Origin: Methanobrevibacter sp.
Lineage (GTDB): Archaea > Methanobacteriota > Methanobacteria > Methanobacteriales > Methanobacteriaceae
DNA length: 64,000 nt
Direction of reading: 5' to 3'
Assembly: GCF_045130115.1 (NCBI RefSeq)
Contig: NZ_JBGUPC010000036.1
Coordinates: 12,180-76,179, forward strand
Shown here: piece by piece, positions 1 through 10,497 of the stretch
Position numbering within the stretch: position 1 is the stretch's first letter
How the letters are laid out: the number at the start of each line of letters is the position of its first letter
The notes under the pieces: generated by a model
Databases searched by the model: none
Seen by the model: the letters and a program-made list of their open reading frames with translations, nothing else
Told to the model about the DNA's origin: nothing
Program-made: the position numbers and the translations under genes

Positions 1-121
1 ACATCGTTTTTGAATTATAGTAATGCAATCTTGCATTACAATTATTTTTTCTATTTTTTTCATGATTACTTTTCAAATGCTCTCTTAACCTTTTAATATA
101 ATGTTTGATTAATATGATATC

Positions 122-2440
122 ATGGCAAGCTACATTAATCATCCTTTACTCAAAAAAGATGCAATCGAATCAAGGTTATATCAGCAGATTCTTGCAGGAG
201 ATGTATTAAAAAAAGGAAATACTATGGTTGTTGCACCTACTGCATTAGGTAAGACAATCGTAGCCATTCTTGTAGCTGCAGACAGATTGAATAAAGTTAA
301 AAATTCAAAAGTTCTCGTTCTTGCACCATCCAAGCCATTGGCCATTCAGCATGAGGAAAGCTTTAAGGAATTCATTATGCTGCCTTGCACATCAATCACC
401 GGAGCTGTAAAAACAGATGAGAGGGTTAAAAGATGGGAGGAGTCAAGAATCATATCCGCAACTCCGCAAACTGTCGAGTCCGATTTGTTGAATGGCAGAT
501 ATGATTTGAGCAATGTGTCCCTGATCGTTTTTGACGAGTGCCATCATGGGGTCGGGTCTTATTCCTATGTTTACCTGGCATCCCGCTATGTTCAGGAATC
601 CAATTTCAATCTTATTTTGGGATTGACCGCTTCTCCAGGTTCTGATAAGTATAAAATCAAGGAAGTGTGCGAAAACCTTTACATTCAAAATATCGTTGTT
701 AAAACAGAGGATGATGCTGATGTCAAGCCATATTTCAATCCGGTCGGCATTGATTGGGTCAAGGTCAAGATGAGTTCTGAACTTGCAAAGATTAAGGAAT
801 ATGTTGACAAGGCTTTAAAAGTAAGGCTTAAGGCTTTGAAGAATATGGGAGTTATTAAAACAGTTTCTGTCGGTAAAGTGGATATTCTAAAGGCAAGGGG
901 CAGGGTTCAAGGCGAAATTGCCCGTTCAGCCAATCCTGATAAGGAATTGTTCCAGGCTATTTCCATATTGACTGCAGTAATAAACGTTCAGCATGCTCAG
1001 GAATTAATCGAAACTCAGGGTATTCAGACATTCAATAAATATGTTGGAAGGTTGCGCAAAAAGCAAACAAAGGCTTCCAAATCATTAATGTCAGATGATA
1101 ATTTTGGCCGTGCCGTAAAATTGGCAAAACAGGCTGAAAAGCATGGTTGGGAACATCCCAAATTGCGCGAAGTAACTAAAATCCTGAAGCAGGAATTGGG
1201 GGATAATGGACAGACCAAACTTAAAACTACACGTTTTGATGATAAGAGCGATGAAGGTGCATCAAAAGTCATTGTTTTTACTCAGTATCGTGACACTCTT
1301 GAGATGATTCATCAAAAGCTTGAAAAGGAAGGCATAAAATCAGCCAAGTTCTTTGGTCAGGCATCAAAGGATGGTGAAAAGGGCCTTACCCAAAAGCAGC
1401 AAAAGGCCATTATCAAGTCGTTCAGAATGGGCGAATATGATGTGTTGCTCTCAACCAGTGTGGCTGAAGAGGGCATTGACATTCCTGCCGTTGATTTGGT
1501 GGTGTTGTATGAGCCTGTTCCGTCTGAAGTGCGTATGATACAAAGGAGAGGAAGGACAGGACGTAAAAGGACAGGACGTGTGAAAGTATTGATCACTGAA
1601 GGAACTCGTGATGAGGCTTATTACTGGTCAAGCTTGAGAAAGGAAGACCAAATGAAGAACCAGTTGATTGACCCTGTCGTTCTGGAAGAGTTGAATGAAT
1701 CCGCTGTTGAGAGGATGGAAAATCAGAAGCATGTCAAAGTCATTGAAAAGCCCAAGGAGGAAAATGATTTTCCAATTGTATATGCGGACTCCCGTGAAGG
1801 AAATTCCAAGGTAATCAGACATCTGACTGAAATGGAAATTGATGTTAAGGTTCGTTCAATGGCTGTTGCAGATTATCAGGTGAGCGATGAGGTTGCCATC
1901 GAGAGAAAAACCGCAAAGGACTTTGTTGATTCAATCATTGATAAAAGATTGTTCAAGCAGGCCAAGGAACTTTCTGAAGAGTTCAAGCATCCAATCCTGA
2001 TTCTTGAAGGGGATGATTTGTATTCAGGATTTATCAATCCCAATGCCATAAGGGGGACAATGGCCTCACTTGCGATTGATTTTGGAATAAGCATCCTGCC
2101 GACAAGAAATGCCCAGGATACTGCTGCAATGATAAAGAGAATTGCCATACGTGAACAGAATGGTGAGAGAACTTCCATTCAAATTCGTACTGATAAAAAA
2201 CCGGTCAGTCTATTGGAACAGCAGTTGTTCATTGTCGAGTCCCTGCCTAATATTGGTCCTGTCAATGCCAAGAATTTGCTGAAGCACTTCGGCAGTGTGT
2301 CAAAGGTGTTCAATGCTTCTGAAAATGAGTTGCAGGAAGTTGAAGGGATAGGTAAAAAAACAGCTAAGGACATTAGAAAGGTAATTGACTCAAAATACCT
2401 TTATTTTGAAAAGGAAATAAAGGAAAAGAAACTTCTCTAG
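122..2440 (+). CDS. hef: Hef helicase/nuclease (FANCM-like SF2 helicase + ERCC4/XPF nuclease + HhH)
   Basis: APTALGKT, DECHH, GLTASPG, QRRGRTGR helicase motifs; C-terminal ADY..ERK nuclease motif and HhH repeats (LPNIG, VEGIG). Confidence 0.95.
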   Translation: MASYINHPLLKKDAIESRLYQQILAGDVLKKGNTMVVAPTALGKTIVAILVAADRLNKVKNSKVLVLAPSKPLAIQHEESFKEFIMLPCTSITGAVKTDERVKRWEESRIISATPQTVESDLLNGRYDLSNVSLIVFDECHHGVGSYSYVYLASRYVQESNFNLILGLTASPGSDKYKIKEVCENLYIQNIVVKTEDDADVKPYFNPVGIDWVKVKMSSELAKIKEYVDKALKVRLKALKNMGVIKTVSVGKVDILKARGRVQGEIARSANPDKELFQAISILTAVINVQHAQELIETQGIQTFNKYVGRLRKKQTKASKSLMSDDNFGRAVKLAKQAEKHGWEHPKLREVTKILKQELGDNGQTKLKTTRFDDKSDEGASKVIVFTQYRDTLEMIHQKLEKEGIKSAKFFGQASKDGEKGLTQKQQKAIIKSFRMGEYDVLLSTSVAEEGIDIPAVDLVVLYEPVPSEVRMIQRRGRTGRKRTGRVKVLITEGTRDEAYYWSSLRKEDQMKNQLIDPVVLEELNESAVERMENQKHVKVIEKPKEENDFPIVYADSREGNSKVIRHLTEMEIDVKVRSMAVADYQVSDEVAIERKTAKDFVDSIIDKRLFKQAKELSEEFKHPILILEGDDLYSGFINPNAIRGTMASLAIDFGISILPTRNAQDTAAMIKRIAIREQNGERTSIQIRTDKKPVSLLEQQLFIVESLPNIGPVNAKNLLKHFGSVSKVFNASENELQEVEGIGKKTAKDIRKVIDSKYLYFEKEIKEKKLL

Positions 2441-3186
2441 AAGTTCCTTTTCATGTACTCATAACTTTTTTTGATAGAATCGGTATCATTTACTTCAATG
2501 ATATAGATGCCATCATAACTTTTTTCTTCTAATCGATTTACTATACCTTTTAAATCAATAGAGCCTTCACCAAATGGTAGGTGTGCATCATCATCACCAA
2601 AATTATCATGCATATGTATGTGTTTAATTGAATCAAAAATCATCTCATCTGGAGAATATCCCACATGATTGGCATGGCCGATGTCAAGTGTCATGGACAT
2701 GTCGAGTGAAACGAGCAAATCATCTAAATCATTCATGTTCTGATAAAGCATGCCGTCAAAAGCTGGCATGTTTTCGATAGTGGTTAAAACTCCCAAGTCA
2801 CGCCCATAATCACCAATTTCCTTGATTGATTCATTTGAAAATTCATAAACGGTATCTAAAAAGTATTTGTTTGCTAAAAATGTAGCCAGGCCAGGATGGA
2901 CAACGACAGCCTCCGCATTTATTTCATTGGCAAAATCTATGGATTCCTTAATTTGCTTTATGGAATTCAGTCTGCTTTTTTCCTGAAGCGCTGCGATATT
3001 GACATCCATAAATGGGGCATGAACGGAATATTTCAAATCAAAGCTCTCCAATGATTCAATATCTATTTTATCGTGAGGATATTGGTGGACGATTTCGGCA
3101 TATTCGATGCCTAATTCTTCAATGAATTCCAAAATATTTTCCAAATCACTTTCGATTCCTGCTAATGTAGATGCTCCAATTTTCAT
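2437..3186 (-). CDS. Sugar phosphate isomerase/epimerase family TIM-barrel protein (AP endonuclease 2 fold)
   Basis: HAPF, VVHPG, IENMP, TLDIGHA, HIHMHDN..D.H motifs; start placed at ATG 3186 (MKIGAS). Confidence 0.85.
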   Translation of the reverse strand: MKIGASTLAGIESDLENILEFIEELGIEYAEIVHQYPHDKIDIESLESFDLKYSVHAPFMDVNIAALQEKSRLNSIKQIKESIDFANEINAEAVVVHPGLATFLANKYFLDTVYEFSNESIKEIGDYGRDLGVLTTIENMPAFDGMLYQNMNDLDDLLVSLDMSMTLDIGHANHVGYSPDEMIFDSIKHIHMHDNFGDDDAHLPFGEGSIDLKGIVNRLEEKSYDGIYIIEVNDTDSIKKSYEYMKRNF

Positions 3187-3191
3187 ATTAA

Positions 3192-5036
3192 TCACATTTT
3201 TTGAACTGCGGTAATCTTCAAGCCCATTTCAATGGCTTCTATGATGAAGTCTGATAATTCTATTCCCCTTTTGATTTTTATTTCTCCCTTTTTGGAGGTT
3301 GTTGCGGTCAACAGATATTCTCCGTCAATCATAATGTCGAAGTTTTTGCGTCCGTTGTCCCTTCCAAGTTCCAGAATCAACTGTTTTTTTGTGTGAAGTA
3401 TGTCAACTTCGAATGGTGCCTTATTGACAGGTTTGGCTTCAATCACTTCGACGCCCAGGCTTATTCCAATGCTTTCCTCGATTTCGGCAATTCTTTTACC
3501 GTTTTTGCCGATGATTTTTGGAACAAACTCTTCAGGGATGTATATGTTGGCCCTTTCAGGTGAAATTACTTCAACATCAACCTTTGCTCTTTTAGGAACA
3601 AGCTTCTTGACTTTTCTTAAAATTTCCTGTTCGGCGATCTTGTCGACTGATGACTTATAGCCCTCTTCGCTTCCGGAGCCGCTCACCAAGTCGATATCCA
3701 TTACAATTGTCTGCTCACCGTAGGTGTAGATTTCGTTTTTGAGCTCTCCTGTTTCAAAGTCCCTAACTTCAATGACTGGCCTTGCAAGATCCGCCTCTTT
3801 CATGCCGGTCGGAACCTTGACGGTCATCTTTGTCTCATAGACGCTTGTTACCTTACCGTCTTCGATGTAGATGCTTGTATCAACGATTGAAGGGATTACT
3901 CCAAGCTCCACCCTTGAGGCTATTCTTTGGATTGCATCGATAGGACGTGTTGCGTGGACAACTCCAATCATTCCAACGCCCGCAAGCCTCATGTCGGCAA
4001 ATATGTTGAAATCGGTATTTTTCCTGAGCTCGTCATAGATTGTGTAGTCAGGCCTTACAAGCAGCAGTACGTCAGCGGTATTCTCCATGCTGCCCTCCAA
4101 TGGCGCATATTGTGTTATCTCATCAGGCAGCTGCAAATCCCTTGGGGATTCCATTGTCTTTACAACCTTATTCAATTTTGATGAGTAGTATTTGCCTATT
4201 GCCTGTACGAAAGTTGATTTACCTGCTCCTGGTGAACCTGATATCAGAATACCTTCGGCATTTGTTCTGATTCTCTCTAAAAGCTTATCTGATAAGTGAT
4301 ATTCGTTCAAATCAATGTTTGCAACTGGTCTGACTGCAGTTATCTCCAATGCTTCTGAAAATGGAGGATAGGCTATTGAAATTCTGTATTCCCTTGACTG
4401 CACGACAAATGACCCTTCCTTGTCGCTTTCCATATATGTTTTGGGGTCGCTTTTTGCCTTGTCAAGGATTTCATCCATGATTTCCTTAAGTTCCCTGTAG
4501 CTATAGCGCTTTTCATTCAATATTACAAAGTCAATGTGGCCGGGTGTTCCCTTTTTGGCCATCGGCACAACATTTTCCTTCAGATGGACGGACATTGTTT
4601 CGTCATCAAAGTATTTCTCAATTGAAAGTGGCTTTATCTCATATTCCTGTTCATGATAATAGACCGGTATCCCCTGTGACTTTGCAACTTCCGCCTGCAC
4701 TTTGTCATTGGTTACAAGGATTCCCATTTCGCTTCTTGCCAGATCCCTTATTATGCTGTCTATCTCGCCGCTTTTTGCATATCTGATATCGTAATTTGTA
4801 GGCCTTTTTCCTTTGAAGCTGACTGCCAGTTTGCCTTCGTCCTGCAGTTTCTGCAGTTTCTGCAGTTCGCTTAATCCCCTATGGCCTTCGGACCTGTTTG
4901 CATTGGCTTGATGTTCTAGTTCACAAACTACCGCTTCAGGCACAATTATTTCCGGAAATTCAAGCTCGTCCCTTTCTATGATTTCAGAAATTGCACCTAT
5001 GATTACAGCGCTTGTGTCCGGTATTATACGTTCCAT
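3192..5036 (-). CDS. PIN-domain ATPase with C-terminal KH domain (PINA-like)
   Basis: N-terminal PIN (IIPDTS..V..EL..D), Walker A GSPGAGKS, YDELR, C-terminal KH motif IIGKNG. Confidence 0.9.
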   Translation of the reverse strand: MERIIPDTSAVIIGAISEIIERDELEFPEIIVPEAVVCELEHQANANRSEGHRGLSELQKLQKLQDEGKLAVSFKGKRPTNYDIRYAKSGEIDSIIRDLARSEMGILVTNDKVQAEVAKSQGIPVYYHEQEYEIKPLSIEKYFDDETMSVHLKENVVPMAKKGTPGHIDFVILNEKRYSYRELKEIMDEILDKAKSDPKTYMESDKEGSFVVQSREYRISIAYPPFSEALEITAVRPVANIDLNEYHLSDKLLERIRTNAEGILISGSPGAGKSTFVQAIGKYYSSKLNKVVKTMESPRDLQLPDEITQYAPLEGSMENTADVLLLVRPDYTIYDELRKNTDFNIFADMRLAGVGMIGVVHATRPIDAIQRIASRVELGVIPSIVDTSIYIEDGKVTSVYETKMTVKVPTGMKEADLARPVIEVRDFETGELKNEIYTYGEQTIVMDIDLVSGSGSEEGYKSSVDKIAEQEILRKVKKLVPKRAKVDVEVISPERANIYIPEEFVPKIIGKNGKRIAEIEESIGISLGVEVIEAKPVNKAPFEVDILHTKKQLILELGRDNGRKNFDIMIDGEYLLTATTSKKGEIKIKRGIELSDFIIEAIEMGLKITAVQKM

Positions 5037-5037
5037 T

Positions 5038-5451
5038 TTAATACACGTCTTCTGGGTTTATTATTCTTTCTAAAACGATTTCCAAATCATCATCATTCAT
5101 GTTTTCAATATCAATTTTATGCTGTGTGTTCAGTTTCCTAAAAAAGCATGAGCGATATCCTTCATGGCATGCAGCGCCTGTTTGATTGATCTTTAAGATG
5201 ATTGCGTCCATGTCACAGTCTACAAGGATTTCTTTAACTTCCTGGAAATGTCCTGAGGATTCTCCTTTAAGCCATAACTTGTTTCTTGAGGTGCTCCAAT
5301 AATGGGCTTTTCCGGTTTCTATTGTTTTGCTCAATGCTTCCTTGTTCATGTTTGCCAGCATCAGTATTTCTTTTGTTTCTGCATCCTGCGCAATTGCAGT
5401 GATGACCTTAACGCCATTAATCTCATGTCTGAAGTTTATTTCCATGTTCAT
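5038..5451 (-). CDS. hisI: Phosphoribosyl-AMP cyclohydrolase
   Basis: [32 protein letters not shown]. Confidence 0.97.
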   Translation of the reverse strand: MNMEINFRHEINGVKVITAIAQDAETKEILMLANMNKEALSKTIETGKAHYWSTSRNKLWLKGESSGHFQEVKEILVDCDMDAIILKINQTGAACHEGYRSCFFRKLNTQHKIDIENMNDDDLEIVLERIINPEDVY

Positions 5452-6743
5452 TCCTCTTTTAAGTAATTTATGATATTGTCAATGTCAACCGCTTCCTGGT
5501 CACCGCTTACCATGTCCTTGACGGTAACCTTGCCTTCTGCCAGGTCATTGGCGCCTATTATGACCATTTTTTCAACTTTTATCTTATCTGCATAGTTCAT
5601 GAGCTTCTTGAATTTTTTGCCGTTCAAGTCAACATCGGTCTTGAAGCCGTTTTTCCTTAAAAGCTGTGTTATTTCAAATGCCTTGGCTCTTACGTCTTTG
5701 GAGATTGGAGCGACATAGACATCCAGGTGTGAAGGAAGCTCTTCTCTGTCGGTGAGCTCCTCAATCGCATTCATCAGTCTGTCGAAACCGAGTGCAAAAC
5801 CGGTTGATTCAACTTCCTGGCCTCCGAAGAGTTTTACAAGGCTGTATGACCCTCCGCCGCAGATCTGCTTTTGGGCGCCGAGCTCGGGAACATAGATTTC
5901 AAACACGATTCCGGTGTAGTAGTCAAGACCCCTTGCAACTCCAAGGTTTAAGGTGTAATTTTCTACATCGAATGCTTCCAATAATATAATTAGCTCTTTT
6001 AGCTCTTCCAAAGCTTCTTTTGGCTCATCATATGGAGCAATCAATTCCTCAACATCTGAGATGATGGATTTGTCCCCAACAAGGTCGATGAGTTTTAATA
6101 GAATCTGATTCAATTCGTCATTGTCGATTACCGGCTCATCGCCGCTCAGGGATTCTATTAATAAATCCTTATCCCCCTTGTCGATGACGACCATGATTTC
6201 CCTCTGGGTTTCCTGTGTGATTTCAAAGTGCTTGAATAGTCCTCTGATGATTCCAAGGTGGTTTATGTTAACATCTGCTGTTGTGATTCCCAGTGATTGG
6301 ATTGCATCTGAACATAATGCGATTACTTCAGCCTCTCCCTGTGGGGTCTTTGCACCGATCAGCTCGCATCCGAACTGCCAGAATTGTCTGAACCTGCCCT
6401 TTTGAGGCCTTTCATATCTGAAGCAGCTTCCGTAGTAATATAATTTGATTGGCTTTACGGCAGTCTTTTCAAGCTCGTTGAGGTATAATCTTGCTACAGG
6501 TGCGGTTATTTCCGGTCTTAATGTAAGTTCCCTGTCTGATTTGTCCTTGAAATTGTATAGCTGGTTTACAATTTCTTCTCCTGATTTTGTTGTAAATAAC
6601 TTTAATTCTTCAAATAAAGGTGTTTTGATTTCCTGATAACCATAACTTTCAAATACTTTTCTTAAGGTACTTTCAGCTTGTTTTCTTTCTCTCATTTCTT
6701 CAAATAGAAAGTCTCTGGTACCTCTTGGTCTTGTAAATTCCAT
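5448..6743 (-). CDS. hisS: Histidine--tRNA ligase
   Basis: [40 protein letters not shown]. Confidence 0.98.
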   Translation of the reverse strand: MEFTRPRGTRDFLFEEMRERKQAESTLRKVFESYGYQEIKTPLFEELKLFTTKSGEEIVNQLYNFKDKSDRELTLRPEITAPVARLYLNELEKTAVKPIKLYYYGSCFRYERPQKGRFRQFWQFGCELIGAKTPQGEAEVIALCSDAIQSLGITTADVNINHLGIIRGLFKHFEITQETQREIMVVIDKGDKDLLIESLSGDEPVIDNDELNQILLKLIDLVGDKSIISDVEELIAPYDEPKEALEELKELIILLEAFDVENYTLNLGVARGLDYYTGIVFEIYVPELGAQKQICGGGSYSLVKLFGGQEVESTGFALGFDRLMNAIEELTDREELPSHLDVYVAPISKDVRAKAFEITQLLRKNGFKTDVDLNGKKFKKLMNYADKIKVEKMVIIGANDLAEGKVTVKDMVSGDQEAVDIDNIINYLKEE

Positions 6744-6953
6744 TTTTACACTCCTTGTATATGATATAATAATTATGTTTTTGCAAAGTTATATAATCTT
6801 TTGTTTATGGAATTTTAAAAAAACAATGGAAAACTTTATATATTATGTTTCAATGGCTACAATTTTTCAAAATGGCTTCAACAAGCCTTAAATATGATTT
6901 AATATATAATGATATGTTAAAAAGTCGTTAATATCAAAAGGAGGTAGATAAGT

Positions 6954-7058
6954 ATGATGTATTTTTTAGAAAATACTTACTTATTGTTCACTGCAATTTT
7001 TTGTTGTTTTGATTCTCCTTTCTCCATTCATTTAAGTGAGGTGAAATCATGGAGCTAA
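6954..7058 (+). CDS. Putative 34-aa small ORF (MMYFLENTYLLFTAIFCCFDSPFSIHLSEVKSWS), possible leader
   Basis: SD GGAGGT at 6940-6945, 8 nt before ATG; TATA-like TTTAATATATAA at ~6898-6909; 3' end overlaps next small ORF. Below the ORF-track length cutoff. Confidence 0.35.
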   Translation: MMYFLENTYLLFTAIFCCFDSPFSIHLSEVKSWS

Positions 7059-7153
7059 TTATGTTCCTGATTGCAACATATTACTTCAATATCGTAATGT
7101 TATTGATGTTAATGTTTGCAATGAAATAGGAATATAACGCTCCATTTCACCTC
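7038..7153. repeat. Long imperfect inverted repeat (~55 nt arms) enclosing the 26-aa ORF
   Basis: GAGGTGAAAT(CAT)GGAGC 7038-7055 is complementary to GCTCCATTTCACCTC 7139-7153; inner TTATGTTCCT/AGGAATATAA, ATTGCAA/TTGCAAT, TCAATA/TATTGA also pair. Confidence 0.85.
7049..7129 (+). CDS. Putative 26-aa hydrophobic peptide (MELIMFLIATYYFNIVMLLMLMFAMK)
   Basis: SD GAGGTGA at 7038-7044 then AATC-ATG; single TM-length hydrophobic stretch ending in Lys. Confidence 0.45.
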   Translation: MELIMFLIATYYFNIVMLLMLMFAMK

Positions 7154-7167
7154 TCTCCTAAATTAAA

Positions 7168-7268
7168 TTAAGGCAATGATAATATCACAATTGATGAATT
7201 TTTATTGGAAATTGCCAGGTTTCCATGGAGGCTTTTTCTGGATTCAATGAGCACTGTCATTGCCTTAA
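7168..7268. repeat. Inverted repeat closing a ~100 nt structured element
   Basis: TTAAGGCAATGATA 7168-7181 / TGTCATTGCCTTAA 7255-7268; inner TGGAAA..TTTCCA hairpin. Confidence 0.8.
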
Positions 7269-7349
7269 CAATCATGTTTATATATGACATTCTATATAAT
7301 TATTATTAAGAGTGTTTCTCTAGTGGAAGCCTCGTAAATGAATGGATAT

Positions 7350-7403
7350 AATTAATGTCTAACCTGGTTATTGTAGGTTTTTCCTACAATATAGACATTA
7401 ATT
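7350..7403. repeat. Hairpin upstream of aroE
   Basis: AATTAATGTCTA 7350-7361 / TAGACATTAATT 7392-7403 plus TATTGTAGG 7369-7377 / CCTACAATA 7383-7391. Confidence 0.8.
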
Positions 7404-7441
7404 TCTAGTTTTTAAATTATCTTCAAAGGAAATTTATTTTT

Positions 7442-8290
7442 ATGGATATTAAAGGTAGTACAAATATTGTAGGATTGATAGGACATCCTGTCGAGCACAG
7501 TTTCTCACCGCCAATGCATAATGCTGCATTCGAGGCTTTGGAAATGGATTATGCCTATGTCGCTTTTGATGTTGATCCCCTAAAACTTAAATCAGCGATT
7601 GATGGTGCCAAATCATTAAACATCAGGGGTTTCAATGTAACAATACCCCATAAGATTGATGTCATGAAACATCTGGATGAAATCGATGAAGTTGCAGCCT
7701 TGATAGGTGCCGTCAACACAATCGATTTTGAGAACATGAAGGGTTACAATACCGATGGCATCGGTGCAGTAAAGGCTATTGAAGAGGTAACTTCAATCAA
7801 AAATAAAAATGTTGTGGTTGCAGGTGCTGGAGGTGCTTCAAGGGCCATATCATTTTACATTGCAAAATATGGTGCTGATTCTTTAACAATTCTAAACAGG
7901 AATGTCGAAAAGGCTGATAATTTGGCTAAGGATGTTTCAAGTTCCAATTTGATTAATGAGGTTAAATCAGATTCAATGTCTGAAATTAACAGTCATGTGG
8001 CTGATGCCGATATCCTGATTGACACCACACCTGTCGGAATGCATCCGAATGTTGATGTCGAGCCAATCGTGCTTGCGGATAATATGCATGATGATTTGGT
8101 CGTATTTGATGCGGTCTACAATCCAAACGATACCGTGCTTATAAAGGAAGCAGTTAAGGCAGGCGCAAAGCCGGTTTATGGAATTAAGATGCTGCTTTAT
8201 CAGGGTGCTGAAAGCTTTAGAATCTGGACAGGCCGTGATGCACCGGTTGATGTTATGGAAGACGCTTTGAGAAAAACACTTGGTTTGTGA
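7442..8290 (+). CDS. aroE: Shikimate dehydrogenase
   Basis: GHPVEHSFSP.MHN, NVTIPHK, GAVNT, YNTDG, GAGGASRA, MLLYQG. Confidence 0.97.
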   Translation: MDIKGSTNIVGLIGHPVEHSFSPPMHNAAFEALEMDYAYVAFDVDPLKLKSAIDGAKSLNIRGFNVTIPHKIDVMKHLDEIDEVAALIGAVNTIDFENMKGYNTDGIGAVKAIEEVTSIKNKNVVVAGAGGASRAISFYIAKYGADSLTILNRNVEKADNLAKDVSSSNLINEVKSDSMSEINSHVADADILIDTTPVGMHPNVDVEPIVLADNMHDDLVVFDAVYNPNDTVLIKEAVKAGAKPVYGIKMLLYQGAESFRIWTGRDAPVDVMEDALRKTLGL

Positions 8291-8297
8291 GGATAAT

Positions 8298-8984
8298 ATG
8301 GATTTTCTGTTTGACATTTCTGCTTTGGCAAGCGATGAGGAGGACTTTTCAACATCCAAAAAGGATGTCCTGAAATATCTCAAGATTATTGGAGTGGACA
8401 CCCGTTTCATATCATACACTCCCCAAAAGATCTACATTAACAATCTGAGGTTTTCAAGGTTTTCAAGGAAAAAGGAAGCCACATTCAACAGGCAGTATCC
8501 GGAAATCGAAGTCGTGAGAAACAAGCTGTTCCAGAAAATCTGCGCAAAGTCATCAAAGCATCTGGCATTGGAAATCGAGCCCAACTCCAGGATACTGATG
8601 CCTGAGGACAATTTCCTTGTCGAGCTTTTGATGGAGCCATACACCAGAAAATACGGCGCAAAGCTGGTCTATGAAGGAGATTATGACCTGGTCGTAAATC
8701 CCCTGATTTTGGATGACCAGGTGAATAATGTTTTTGAAGGCATTTTCAAGGGTGAAGGCCTGAACCTGACTAAAAGGGAAGGTGAAATCTATCCTTTGGT
8801 CAGCGTTTCACTTGACTGGATTAATTCATTTTTGAAAATGGATGGTCATGATCCAATTGAATGTGAAAACAAGGATGAAATGGCACATTCATTCAGTGAA
8901 TTTTTGGACGATGTAGCTCCGCAGTATAAGGATAATGTTGTCAGCGCCAGCGTGTTTGTCAGTGAAAAGTTAAATTCACAATAA
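8298..8984 (+). CDS. Conserved hypothetical protein (possibly degenerate PP-loop/TtcA-like fold)
   Basis: Long ORF directly after aroE, GAGG before ATG 8298; no intact nucleotide-binding motif seen. Confidence 0.6.
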   Translation: MDFLFDISALASDEEDFSTSKKDVLKYLKIIGVDTRFISYTPQKIYINNLRFSRFSRKKEATFNRQYPEIEVVRNKLFQKICAKSSKHLALEIEPNSRILMPEDNFLVELLMEPYTRKYGAKLVYEGDYDLVVNPLILDDQVNNVFEGIFKGEGLNLTKREGEIYPLVSVSLDWINSFLKMDGHDPIECENKDEMAHSFSEFLDDVAPQYKDNVVSASVFVSEKLNSQ

Positions 8985-9003
8985 TATATTTAAAAAAAAT
9001 AAA

Positions 9004-10488
9004 TTAAAAGCTGAAAAGTGTTGTTTGCTTATCTGCTTTTTTCTCTTTTTTCTCTTCAACTTTTTCTTCTTCTTCGATAATTTCAGGCTCTTCTGTGACT
9101 TCTTGTGATGGTGTTTCGTCAATGCCTGGAATTTCAAATGGCAGTTCATCATCACCGGAAGGCTCTTCAGCTTCAGGAATCACATTCATCATCTGGTTTT
9201 GAAGCTCTTCTGCACGTCTGTCACGCTCTTCAACTCTCATTTGAGCCTTTTGCTTTTCCATTTTTGTGATGACCTTCTTAGGTATCTTCTTTTTCCTGAA
9301 CCTTTTGATTTCCTTTTCGTCAAGCTCTAGGAAGTCGGAGATTTCCCATGCAAGCTCGTCATTTTGAAACATTATCTCCAGGTATGGAAACATTGAAACG
9401 GCCACCCTTCGTGAAACGTGCATCTTATCAAACATCTTTTCAGCAATGTCGTCGCGCAGATTCCTTTTGGCACGGTTGCGGCTCATCAGGCCGAATATGC
9501 TTGGGGTCTGAATTTTTGTGAACTTTTTGTAGGTGTCATGTTTTGCGCTGCTAACTCCTATTCCCATAAAGTCGCTTGCATATTTCCAGTAGCCATAGTT
9601 TCTGCTGCTTTGTGCCCTTCCAAAGTTGACATCGGCCTTTGAGATGTACTCGTATGCCTTTTTGATTTCATCAGGTTTCTTGTATTCCCTTGGAATGTTT
9701 TCGGCGATGTATTCCATTACAAGCGTAGGGTCCTCTTCAATCCACATCGCTTCCTTGACATGTGCCGGTGTTTTGCTTTTCAAAACGGCGGTTATCGCAT
9801 TGAAGATGTCTGAACGGGTATCCTTTGTAACCATTCCTTCAACATCCTTGACTTCAAGGGTGTGGTCCTTGTCGCTTAGGGCCTGCAGTGTATTGATTGC
9901 TGAGCGAACGTCTCCCTGTGATTTGACTGCAATCTCCTTTAGCGCTGCAGGTTCGACTTCAACCCCTTCTGCCTGTGCAATCTTTCTAAGCAATGCTGAA
10001 ATCGAATTCCATCGGGACTTTTTCATCTTGATTACTTGACATTTCGGCTTTATTGACTGCAGCCTTTTTGAGTAGAAGTCGTTGGCCATCAAAATCATCG
10101 GATGCTGTGAGGATTTTATGATTTTGCCTATTTCGGCAACTCCACCACGGTCATTTGTTCCATGAATTCCGTCAACCTCGTCAAGAATAATCAGTTTGTA
10201 TTCGTCTCCAAAAAGGGACCTTGAAGTTGAGGACTCGCCGATTGTGCTTTTGATGACATCCTGTGAACGCTTGTCACTTGCATTCAGCTCAATTGATTCT
10301 GAAAATTCCTTTGCAATGATTAATGCCAGTGTTGTCTTTCCGATGCCCGGCGGTCCAACCAGAAGTAGGGGTATCTGCGGGTTGCCTTTTTTCCACTCGC
10401 TAACCCAATCAGTGATTATCTTAATCTCTTTTTTGTTACCGACAACTTCCGATAGCTCTTGAGGTCGGTATTTATCAGTCCATAACAT
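9004..10488 (-). CDS. rfcL: Replication factor C large subunit
   Basis: [26 protein letters not shown]; acidic tail and C-terminal PIP box QTTLFSF. Confidence 0.97.
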   Translation of the reverse strand: MLWTDKYRPQELSEVVGNKKEIKIITDWVSEWKKGNPQIPLLLVGPPGIGKTTLALIIAKEFSESIELNASDKRSQDVIKSTIGESSTSRSLFGDEYKLIILDEVDGIHGTNDRGGVAEIGKIIKSSQHPMILMANDFYSKRLQSIKPKCQVIKMKKSRWNSISALLRKIAQAEGVEVEPAALKEIAVKSQGDVRSAINTLQALSDKDHTLEVKDVEGMVTKDTRSDIFNAITAVLKSKTPAHVKEAMWIEEDPTLVMEYIAENIPREYKKPDEIKKAYEYISKADVNFGRAQSSRNYGYWKYASDFMGIGVSSAKHDTYKKFTKIQTPSIFGLMSRNRAKRNLRDDIAEKMFDKMHVSRRVAVSMFPYLEIMFQNDELAWEISDFLELDEKEIKRFRKKKIPKKVITKMEKQKAQMRVEERDRRAEELQNQMMNVIPEAEEPSGDDELPFEIPGIDETPSQEVTEEPEIIEEEEKVEEKKEKKADKQTTLFSF

Positions 10489-10497
10489 TTCTATACC

